32,147 bases of DNA from positions 1-32,147 of the forward strand of contig JAJYNV010000096.1 in the NCBI GenBank assembly GCA_021786135.1. The letters run 5' to 3'. This document shows positions 8,067 to 14,772 of this stretch, one piece after another (positions within the stretch are counted from its first letter, which is position 1; every line of letters begins with the position of its first letter). A model generated the notes under the pieces. The model was not told the DNA's origin. It did no database searches and was given only the letters and a program-made list of their open reading frames with translations. The position numbers were made by a program, and so were the translations under genes. Source of the DNA: Bacillota bacterium (GTDB lineage Bacteria; Bacillota; Sulfobacillia; JAJZYS01; JAJYTV01).

Positions 8067-8408
8067 CTAGGCCTCGAAGGGCCACGCGCACTCATGGTGA
8101 CTATTCGCTGAGACACTCTCGGTGACACTATTGTACCCATCGTTCCGCGGAACAGTCAATGCTATAATGTGGCTCTTGACGGGCCGCGATACCTGGGCGC
8201 AGGAGAACGGACAGGGATTGGTCCGGTTCTCGACGCTGACCCGCGAGCCCAAACCAGCCTCGGTCTCGGGACCACTCGACTCGTGCGGGCACCCATCGAT
8301 CGATGACCAAGATCTTGATGCGATCGCCTGCGTGGAGGTCGCGGTTGCATAGGGACGGTCGGCCTTGGTTCGGCTCGAGCTGATCGCGGTCATAGTGGAT
8401 TCGAACAT
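8067..8408 (-). CDS. hypothetical 113-aa Ser/Thr/Cys/His-rich protein (uncertain; may be non-coding)
   Basis: This is the longest open frame in the islet, and it ends 14 nt before the perfect terminator. GGGGGAGGTGA lies upstream but 15 nt from the ATG; a weaker AGGTGGGG lies 7 nt upstream. GC3 is raised, but the antisense + frame (8122..8352) shares the same third positions, so this does not decide between them. No family was recognised, and promoter-like boxes sit inside the ORF. Confidence 0.3.
   Translation of the reverse strand: MFESTMTAISSSRTKADRPYATATSTQAIASRSWSSIDGCPHESSGPETEAGLGSRVSVENRTNPCPFSCAQVSRPVKSHIIALTVPRNDGYNSVTESVSANSHHECAWPFEA
8130..8159 (-). promoter_or_regulatory. sigma-70-like promoter on the minus strand (TTGACT-N18-TACAAT)
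   Basis: On the minus strand, TTGACT is at 8159-8154 and TACAAT at 8135-8130, with an 18-nt spacer. Each hexamer matches consensus at 5 of 6 positions. The predicted start near 8123 is about 105 nt upstream of the T6 terminator tail. Confidence 0.35.
8160..8168 (+). promoter_or_regulatory. extended -10 promoter element TGcTATAAT on the plus strand
   Basis: TGCTATAAT at 8160-8168 is a perfect extended -10 (TGnTATAAT). It abuts the minus-strand -35 box, which gives a back-to-back divergent arrangement. Confidence 0.3.
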
Positions 8409-8630
8409 GATACTACCCCACCTTCACCTCCCCCGTGCGCGAGGGGCGGCAATTTTCTTGGGCATGCCAACCTTGAGCACATGGCGCAGGCGGGCCATCA
8501 CTTCGTCTCCCGCCTACCGAACAGCTACGCCTATGCCACCGCGGCCAAGGCGGAGGCACTCTTCGGCCAGCCGAGAAGTGGCTGGATCTCGATGTGCGGA
8601 TACAAAGAGTACCCGCGGTGGGGGATATAC

Positions 8631-8672
8631 AGCAGCACCGGGCCCGACCGCGAGGTCAGGTCCGGTGCTGCT
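8631..8672 (-). terminator. long GC-rich hairpin 12 nt after the GH18 gene stop (terminator without a clear U-tract)
   Basis: The minus strand reads AGCAGCACCGGACCTGACC-TCGC-GGTCGGGCCCGGTGCTGCT. This is a roughly 19-bp stem with one G-U pair and a 4-nt loop. Confidence 0.5.
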
Positions 8673-8684
8673 CTTCTCTACCCG

Positions 8685-10265
8685 CTACTTCTTGCCGCGG
8701 GCCTTGCCGGACTCACTGCGTGCGGTACCGCCGTGCGGCGCCTTGGTGGCTGGGTGCTTCATCCGCTTGTTCGCGCCGGACCTCGTACCGATGGGCCGGT
8801 GCGTGATCGGCTTGACCATCTTGTGGGTTGTGCGCTTGTGGCTCGCCGCGGAGCCGCCCGTAGTTCCGGTCGAGGTCGCGGTGCCGCTCGCGGCGTTGCC
8901 GTTGACGCTCAGGAGTTCCTGCCAGTAGGCCAGGTTCTCGTACCCGACCTTCCAGATCGCGATGCCGGCCAGCTTGTTCTGCTTGGCGATGGTGACCTTG
9001 TCAGCGAGCGCCTGGCGTCCGCCGTAGTAGATGACGTGCTGCACGCCATTGCTAGTGTAGGTCACCTTGCTCTCCTTGGTCGTCGAGTCGTAGGTCTTCG
9101 TGGCGTTGGGCATCGCCGTCGCCTGCGCCTGACCTATCGTCGTCCCCTTTCCCGTGGAGAGGTTCCAGTCGTAGCCGTAGTCGTTGACGCCGAGGATGAT
9201 CTTGCTCGGTGAAATGCCCTCGGCGAGTGCGTGCTTCACGGCGCCGACGACCCAGTTGTGGGGCGAGACCGGACCCGGCGGGCTCGTGTCGTCGTGGCGG
9301 TCGTACGTCATGAGGACGAGCTGGTCGGCGTAGTGGCTCAGCGTCACCTCGTCATAGGCGCCGTGGGAACCGGTCTGGGCCTGCGTCGGGATGATGTCGA
9401 CCGCTATGGTCTTGTTCATCGCGTGCAGGTTGTGCGAGAGCTCGTCGACAAACGCGTTGAGCCCTGTGCGCGCCTGGAAGGGGAGGCCCTGGAAGTCGAC
9501 GTTGAGTCCGTCGTAGTTGTTCTTCTGGACAAGGGTCGTCAGGTTCTGGATCGCCGTGTGCATCGCGGTGTTGTCGGTCAGCACGTTGTACTCGCCGCCG
9601 TTCGTCACGAGAGGAACGACGGGCACGCCGTGCGATGAGGCCCAGGAGCGGGTGGCCGGCGTCGAGGTGTCCTTGACGCTGCCGTCGGAGTTGAGGGTGT
9701 ACCACCAGGGAGAGAGGTCGGAGATCGCCTTGGGGTCCCGGCCGATCGCAACGAGTCCCTTTTGCGATGCGTCCTCTGTGAAGAATCCGATCACGCGCAG
9801 CGGTGTCGTGCCGGTAATGGTGCCGGCCGCACCGAGCATGGTGCCCTTGCCGCGGGTTCTTGTGCTGCTCGCGCCGGTCAGGCCACGTAGGCCGGCGCGG
9901 TTTCCCGCGATGCCGGCGTTGCCTGTGCCGCGCACACCGGTCCTGGTGCCCACAGCGCCGAAGGTGCCGCTCTTGCCCGTCACGGGTGTCGGATAGGTGC
10001 CGCGGGTCACACCGGTCCTCGTCGTGCCGCGCGGCACCGTCCCATTCGGTCCCCAAAGCCCGCTGAACCAGTTGCCCACGCCACCTGAACCGCGCCCCGT
10101 AGCCCCGCGAATCATGCGATCCGTGCCGCGTGTGACATGCGACGTCGCGTTGCGCAGAGGCTCCGCGGCCGTCCCCTTCTTCTTCGGCGCGGCCGTCGTC
10201 GAGCATCCGGCCAGTGTGACCAGAAGCAGCCCCATGGCCGCCACTCTCGTCCATCGCCCTGACAT
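8685..10265 (-). CDS. lipoprotein with a glycoside-hydrolase family 18 (YaaH/YdhD-like) domain
   Basis: ATG at 10265 lies 7 nt after GGGAGGAG. The signal peptide has a lipobox (MGLLLVTLAGCS). A G/T/R-rich low-complexity linker follows. The GH18 barrel blocks are VIGFFTED, VPLVTNGG, NYDGLNVDFQGL, LVLMTYD, ILGVNDYGYDW and LAGIAIWKVGYE. The C-terminal tail is basic. Confidence 0.85.
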   Translation of the reverse strand: MSGRWTRVAAMGLLLVTLAGCSTTAAPKKKGTAAEPLRNATSHVTRGTDRMIRGATGRGSGGVGNWFSGLWGPNGTVPRGTTRTGVTRGTYPTPVTGKSGTFGAVGTRTGVRGTGNAGIAGNRAGLRGLTGASSTRTRGKGTMLGAAGTITGTTPLRVIGFFTEDASQKGLVAIGRDPKAISDLSPWWYTLNSDGSVKDTSTPATRSWASSHGVPVVPLVTNGGEYNVLTDNTAMHTAIQNLTTLVQKNNYDGLNVDFQGLPFQARTGLNAFVDELSHNLHAMNKTIAVDIIPTQAQTGSHGAYDEVTLSHYADQLVLMTYDRHDDTSPPGPVSPHNWVVGAVKHALAEGISPSKIILGVNDYGYDWNLSTGKGTTIGQAQATAMPNATKTYDSTTKESKVTYTSNGVQHVIYYGGRQALADKVTIAKQNKLAGIAIWKVGYENLAYWQELLSVNGNAASGTATSTGTTGGSAASHKRTTHKMVKPITHRPIGTRSGANKRMKHPATKAPHGGTARSESGKARGKK

Positions 10266-10375
10266 GCCGTCACTCCTCCCTAGTTGCGGTCGAAGTTACG
10301 GTCTGCCGAGACATGTTGCGCTAGACAAGCGATTGCTGGCACCGCAGGCGCGATGCGGCAAGTGATGCAAGGGCG

Positions 10376-12085
10376 TCAGGCCTTTCGACGATCCTCCTGC
10401 GCCTGCTCTTCGTAGACGAAGCGACCTCCGCGCAGCCACGAGGCTCCTGCCGCGATGAGGCACATGACGACCGCGAAACTGAGCGTGACGACGAGGCCGC
10501 TGTGAAACGGCCCGGCGATCAGGGAAGGGAAGAACGATCGACCGACTAGGCGCGCGGCCGACGCGGCCGGCAGCGCGTGCAGAATGCCTTTGCCGAGCAG
10601 TGTCTTCAGCGGATTCTCGCCCAGGAATGCGGCGAAGAGATAGCTGACGGGCGGCAGGTGCGCGAGGCGTACGGCCAGGCCCTCAGGCACGCCCTGCTGC
10701 GTCAGACCGCGCAGCATGGCCGACGGTACATGGGTGCTGAGGCCCAGGATCATGAATGAGAAGAAGATGCCTATGGAGAGCGGCATGCCCGTGTTCTGGA
10801 ACGTGGCGCGCATGCCGGAAGCGGCGCCGCGATAGCGCGCGGGCACACTGTTCATGATGCCTGTGGTGTTGGGTGCGCCGAAAAGACCGAAGCTGATGCC
10901 GTTCACGAACAGGATGAGCGCGAAGAGCAGGTATGCGAAGTTGGCCGGCAGCGCCATCAGCAGCAGGAACGAGGCCGCCGCGAGCAGCATGCCTCCTGTG
11001 GCGAACGGCCGTGCGCCATAGCGGTCGGACAGGTAGCCGGAGAGCGGGCCGGCCAAGAGGAAGCCGACGGTCAGAGGCAGCATGTAGATGCCCGCCCAGA
11101 GCGGCGTCTCGGCAAAGTCGTAGCCGTGCATGGGCAGCCAGATACCCTGCAGCCAGATGATCAGCAGGAACTGCAGACCGCCGCGCCCGATCGAAGAGGT
11201 GAGACCGGCAATGTTGCCCGCGCTGAAGGCGCGGATGCCGAAAAGATGCATCTCGAACATGGGTTGGGCGACGTGGTGCTCGATGACGACGAAGCCGACG
11301 AGCAGCAGGAGTCCCGAGCCGATCGTCGCCAGGACGAACGGGCTGAGCCAGGCCATGCTGGACGTGCCGTAGGGACGGATGCCGTAGGTGACGCCGACGA
11401 GCAGCAGAGTGAGCCCCAGCGCGAAGGCGAGGTTGCCCCACCAGTCGATGCGGGCAGGGTGGCGCTCGCCGGTCTCCCTGAGCTGGACGTAGGCCCAGAT
11501 GGTGCCAAAGAGTCCGATTGGCACATTGATCAGGAACACCCAGTGCCAGTCGATCGTCACCAGGAGGCCGCCCAGGATCAGCCCTGCGAACTGCCCCGCC
11601 AGACCGGCCATCTGATTGATGCCCATCGCCATGCCGCGCTGGTCGGGTGGGAAGGCGTCCGTCAGGATGGCCGCCGAGTTGGCCATCAGGAGTGCCCCGC
11701 CCATCGCCTGCACCATGCGGAAGATGATGAGCTCCAAGGCGCCGGCCGTTCCCTGGCTCCAGGTCACCGAAAGGAGGATGGACGCGGCCGTGAAGATGGC
11801 GAAGCCGAGGTTGTACATGCGCACGCGCCCGAACATGTCGCCGATGCGTCCGAAGCTCACCACGAATACGGCCGTGACGAGCATGTAACCCATGAGAATC
11901 CACAGGAGATAGTCGAAATTCGCGGCGTCGAGCGGATTCAGGTGGATGGCGCGGAACACGGCGGGCAGCGCGATGATCAGGCTCGAGGCGTTGAGCATGG
12001 ACATGAAGATGCCGAGGGTCGTGTTGGAAAGCGCGACCCACTTGTAGTGCGGCCCGAGCGGCGCCGCGGCTGCGGATGTCGACAT
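10376..12085 (-). CDS. MFS transporter, 14-TMS drug:H+ antiporter (EmrB/QacA, DHA2) type
   Basis: ATG at 12085 lies 8 nt after GGGAGG (12094-12099). MFS motifs are GRIGDMFGRVRMY and LSDRYGARP. The size (569 aa) and the many hydrophobic spans fit the DHA2 class. It lies directly downstream of the MarR gene. The first 10 codons of the track ORF would abut the MarR stop and lack an RBS. Confidence 0.9.
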   Translation of the reverse strand: MSTSAAAAPLGPHYKWVALSNTTLGIFMSMLNASSLIIALPAVFRAIHLNPLDAANFDYLLWILMGYMLVTAVFVVSFGRIGDMFGRVRMYNLGFAIFTAASILLSVTWSQGTAGALELIIFRMVQAMGGALLMANSAAILTDAFPPDQRGMAMGINQMAGLAGQFAGLILGGLLVTIDWHWVFLINVPIGLFGTIWAYVQLRETGERHPARIDWWGNLAFALGLTLLLVGVTYGIRPYGTSSMAWLSPFVLATIGSGLLLLVGFVVIEHHVAQPMFEMHLFGIRAFSAGNIAGLTSSIGRGGLQFLLIIWLQGIWLPMHGYDFAETPLWAGIYMLPLTVGFLLAGPLSGYLSDRYGARPFATGGMLLAAASFLLLMALPANFAYLLFALILFVNGISFGLFGAPNTTGIMNSVPARYRGAASGMRATFQNTGMPLSIGIFFSFMILGLSTHVPSAMLRGLTQQGVPEGLAVRLAHLPPVSYLFAAFLGENPLKTLLGKGILHALPAASAARLVGRSFFPSLIAGPFHSGLVVTLSFAVVMCLIAAGASWLRGGRFVYEEQAQEDRRKA

Positions 12086-12115
12086 GCGCGAATCCTCCCG
12101 TAGGCTACGCCTCAC

Positions 12116-12571
12116 TCAACGTTCAAACACGGTTTCGGCCGAGCGGCGCAGCTTGACTAGAAGTCCGGCGAGGTCCTGGCGCTCCGAGGCGTTGAGCGGG
12201 CCGATCACCTCCGCAAGAACGGCCCGACGCGTCGCAAGCCACGCCTCGACCCGCCGGCGTCCCGCATCGGTGAGGGTCACCAGCACGACCCGCTCGTCCT
12301 CGGGGGAGCGCGCGCGCGTCACGAGTCCCTGGCGCGCCAGTCGCTGGCAGGCTGTGGTCGTGGCGCTCTGGCCGATGCCGAGCTGCGCCGCGAGCATCGA
12401 CACCCGAAGCGGCCCGTCGCTGTGCAGATGGCGCAGGAGCCAGTACTGCTGTGCCGTGATCTCCCCGCGCCGCACGGGATTGGTGATCTGTCGCAGCACG
12501 CGGAGCACGGCGATGAGTTCGTCGACGAGCGGTTCTTGCGCCACGGCGGCCCACGCTCCCTTGTCTTGCAT
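12116..12571 (-). CDS. MarR-family transcriptional regulator
   Basis: It has a winged-HTH pattern (ITAQQYWLLRHLHSDGPLRVSMLAAQLGIGQSATTTACQRLARQGLVTRARSPEDERVVLVTLTDAGRR). It is upstream of, and co-directional with, the MFS gene. No SD precedes the ATG. TATATT lies 9 nt upstream, so the mRNA may be leaderless. Confidence 0.85.
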   Translation of the reverse strand: MQDKGAWAAVAQEPLVDELIAVLRVLRQITNPVRRGEITAQQYWLLRHLHSDGPLRVSMLAAQLGIGQSATTTACQRLARQGLVTRARSPEDERVVLVTLTDAGRRRVEAWLATRRAVLAEVIGPLNASERQDLAGLLVKLRRSAETVFER

Positions 12572-12578
12572 TCAAGAC
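12563..12578. promoter_or_regulatory. palindrome GTCTTG-catt-CAAGAC spanning the marR start codon (candidate MarR operator)
   Basis: This is a perfect 6-4-6 inverted repeat at 12563-12578. It overlaps the ATG (12569-12571, minus strand) in the AT-richer divergent region between marR and the FemX-like gene. Confidence 0.3.
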
Positions 12579-12675
12579 CAAATATATCGCGGTGCAATCT
12601 AATCGGGAATGTCCGGCTTTCCGCATCGGTCCTGGCGGCGCCGGCCAGACTGAGCATGCGGGGGAGGCGCGCACG

Positions 12676-13692
12676 ATGCTCTTGCAACAGGTTGCACCTT
12701 CGGAGAGCGAAGCTTTCGATCGCTTCGTGGGCGGGCATGTCCATGGCGATCCGCTGCAGGGATGGGGCTTTGCCGAACTGCAGACCGGGAGGGGACGCGC
12801 CCCCCATCGCTTCTACCTCGTGGAGCGGGGAAAGCCTGTTGGCAGCCTGAGTCTCATCGCCATCGACATGGGTCGTCTCGGCCTGCTCCTCTACGCACCG
12901 CGCGGACCGGTGCTCGACCCCGGGCAAAGCCTCGTGTGGCGGGATCTTGCCCGGGAGCTGCGCAGGACATTTCCCGAGGCCTTCGCGTTTTCGTGCGCGC
13001 CCAGGCGCGACGATCGCCTGCCCGGGCCCCCGGGATATCTCAGACGCGGCGCTCAGCCCTTGCTGCCACACCTGCCCAGATCCACCGTGGAAGTTCCCCT
13101 GAGCGGCGACCCTGACCTCGACTTCGGCCGCCTGCAGAGGCGCTGCCGCGTGCAGGTTCGTAGGGCACCGGCGCACGGCGTAGAGGTGCGCGAGGCGGGG
13201 GCGGACGACCTTCGAGCGCTATTGTCGCTCTCCAGGCGTCGCGATCCGAGACTGTCCGCCATTGCGGCCACGCCTTCGGAACTGGGCGACACCGTCACGG
13301 CCTTTCTCGGCCGCAGCCAGGCAGGCGTCTTCCTCGCAGCGTCGCAGGGAAGCGTCTGCGCCGGAGCGGTTGCCCTCCGCCTCGGGCGCCACGCCCTCTG
13401 CCAGCACTTCGGCCTCGAGCAGGGCGGACAGCATCGCCAGGCTGCCTATGCCGCCCAGTGGGCAGCGATCGCGTGGCTCGAGGCACAGGGCGCGGAACGT
13501 TGCGACATCACCGACTTCCTGATGCCGGAAGACGCCAGCATGCAGGATCTCGCCCGACGCTGGGGAGGCGTCGAGCGGCGCTATGCCTGGCTTGAGGTTC
13601 CGCTGCGCCTGACGCCGTATCTCGGCTACCGGCTGCTGCCGGCGCGGTTTGGCGGGCGCCGCTCCTTGCCGGCGGCGGCTACGGCACACTGA
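12676..13692 (+). CDS. FemAB-family (FemX-like) peptidyl/aminoacyl transferase
   Basis: ATG at 12676 lies 8 nt after GGGGAGG (12661-12667). The N-terminal pattern SEAFDRFVGGHVHGDPLQGWGFAELQTGRG..HRFYLVERGKPVGSLSLI..LLYAPRGPVLD parallels the FemX/FemA N-terminus (..DAFV..HP.GD.LQ...WAE.K...GW). Later blocks are VRRAPAHGVEVRE and AAYAAQWAAIAWLEAQGAERCDITDF. The size (338 aa) implies there is no coiled-coil insert. Confidence 0.65.
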   Translation: MLLQQVAPSESEAFDRFVGGHVHGDPLQGWGFAELQTGRGRAPHRFYLVERGKPVGSLSLIAIDMGRLGLLLYAPRGPVLDPGQSLVWRDLARELRRTFPEAFAFSCAPRRDDRLPGPPGYLRRGAQPLLPHLPRSTVEVPLSGDPDLDFGRLQRRCRVQVRRAPAHGVEVREAGADDLRALLSLSRRRDPRLSAIAATPSELGDTVTAFLGRSQAGVFLAASQGSVCAGAVALRLGRHALCQHFGLEQGGQHRQAAYAAQWAAIAWLEAQGAERCDITDFLMPEDASMQDLARRWGGVERRYAWLEVPLRLTPYLGYRLLPARFGGRRSLPAAATAH

Positions 13693-13704
13693 GGATCGGA
13701 TGCT

Positions 13705-13756
13705 CACGGGAAGGGCCACGAGTCGCCTTCATGTGCGGCCCCTGGCCCTTCCCGTG
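13705..13756 (+). terminator. 14-bp perfect-stem hairpin after the FemX-like gene
   Basis: CACGGGAAGGGCCA (13705-13718) pairs with TGGCCCTTCCCGTG (13743-13756) across a 24-nt loop. It starts 13 nt after the stop codon. There is no T-tract. Confidence 0.4.
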
Positions 13757-13797
13757 TCGATCGGCCCGTGGGGGCAGCCCGATGCGGAGTGGACCAT

Positions 13798-13822
13798 GAT
13801 AAGATCAAGCCGCAAGCTTATC
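13798..13822. promoter_or_regulatory. inverted repeat GATAAG-N13-CTTATC upstream of the LysR gene (candidate LTTR box)
   Basis: GATAAGatcaagccgcaagCTTATC lies at 13798-13822, 38 nt upstream of the LysR ATG. Confidence 0.3.
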
Positions 13823-13859
13823 GGCTTTCCCGATCAATTGGACCAGGGAGGCACGGGCC

Positions 13860-14765
13860 ATGGACTTGCGGGTGCTGCGAACATTCCAAGCGGCAGCGCA
13901 CCTGGAGAACTTCCGCGAGACGGCAGAGCGGCTCGGATTGAGTCAGCCGACCGTATCGGCGCAGATTCGCGAGCTCGAGATCGAACTCGGTGAGCCGCTC
14001 TTCGACCGCGCCGGCCGGCGGGTGCGCCTGAACCAGGCGGGTCAGGTCTTCCTGCCGCAGGCGGAAGAGGCTCTCAAGGCCTATGACCGTGGTCGGCAGG
14101 CCGTGCGCGAGCATCAGAGGCTGACGGCCGACCACCTGACCATCGCGATCTCGCCCGAACCTGCCCGCACGCTGCTGCCGCGGGCCCTGCACCGCTACTG
14201 CGACCTCTATCCCGCAGCGAGGGTTTCGGTGGAGGTGCTGCCTTCTGTGCAGATCGCGGCCTTGGTCGACGGCGGTTCGGCCGACCTTGGCATCGGTCAG
14301 ATCGCCGCCGACCCCGACCGCTACGCCGTGCGCTGCCGCGAGCTCCTCCACGACCGCGTGGTGCTTGTGGCGCGCCACGACGGGCTCGACCACGACCAGG
14401 CGCCAGCCTACTGGCGCCACCTCCTGCAGGAGCAGCGGCTCCTGAGTTATGGCCATCCCGCATACTGGCCGGACCTGCTGCAGGCCCTCGAGCATGCGGG
14501 AATCCATCCGCGCATGCTGCGTGTGACCCAGGTGGAGCTGACGAAGCGCTTCGTCGAGGAGGGCATCGGCGCCTCGTTCCTGCCGGAGCGCTCCGTGCGG
14601 CGCGAACTGCTGGAGGGACGCCTGATGGAGGTGCCGACCCCCGGCCTCACCCTACCCATGGCACCGACCTTCCTCATCCTCGCGCAGGCCCCCCCAACGG
14701 AGCCGGCAAGGGCCTTTCTTGAGTCGCTGCGGGCGACTCTCCATCTCGCTGAAGCTCTGGTCTGA
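13860..14765 (+). CDS. LysR-family transcriptional regulator
   Basis: GGGAGG lies 9 nt upstream of the ATG. The N-terminal HTH is MDLRVLRTFQAAAHLENFRETAERLGLSQPTVSAQIRELEIELGEPLFDRAGRRVRLNQAG. A LysR substrate-binding domain follows. Confidence 0.85.
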   Translation: MDLRVLRTFQAAAHLENFRETAERLGLSQPTVSAQIRELEIELGEPLFDRAGRRVRLNQAGQVFLPQAEEALKAYDRGRQAVREHQRLTADHLTIAISPEPARTLLPRALHRYCDLYPAARVSVEVLPSVQIAALVDGGSADLGIGQIAADPDRYAVRCRELLHDRVVLVARHDGLDHDQAPAYWRHLLQEQRLLSYGHPAYWPDLLQALEHAGIHPRMLRVTQVELTKRFVEEGIGASFLPERSVRRELLEGRLMEVPTPGLTLPMAPTFLILAQAPPTEPARAFLESLRATLHLAEALV

Positions 14766-14772
14766 CCGGAGG

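Noticed and set aside
8063-8095. A 10-codon ORF (MSARGPSRPS) inside the candidate small RNA.
   Set aside because: It has no SD or other translation signal and a trivial length. I treated it as non-coding.
8397-8406. GGATTCGAAC (GTTCGAATCC on the minus strand), which resembles a tRNA T-loop and could be a tRNA gene or an att-site remnant at the islet.
   Set aside because: The flanks cannot form a T-stem (TCATG against CCACT), and there is no acceptor stem, anticodon arm or CCA context. An att remnant cannot be demonstrated without a matching tRNA copy.
8319-8600. Plus-strand frames giving ..ADRGHSGFEH.. and ..NFLGHANLEHMAQAGHHFVSRLPNSYAY.., faintly reminiscent of the DDE region of IS4/IS1634-type transposases.
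   Set aside because: The matches are only a few residues long. They are spread over different frames, lack the catalytic residues in register and have no terminal inverted repeats. This is too weak to call an IS remnant without a database search.
8654-8665. GGTCAGGTCCGG, which resembles the conserved SRP (4.5S) RNA domain IV sequence.
   Set aside because: The following GGAA tetraloop and AGCAGCC strand are absent. The 12-mer is simply one arm of the terminator hairpin after the GH18 gene.
10683-12103. ORFs 10683..12041(-) and 11126..12103(+), of 452 and 325 aa.
   Set aside because: They are alternative frames of the MFS transporter gene. Their translations are hydrophilic and R/H/P-rich, with no membrane character.
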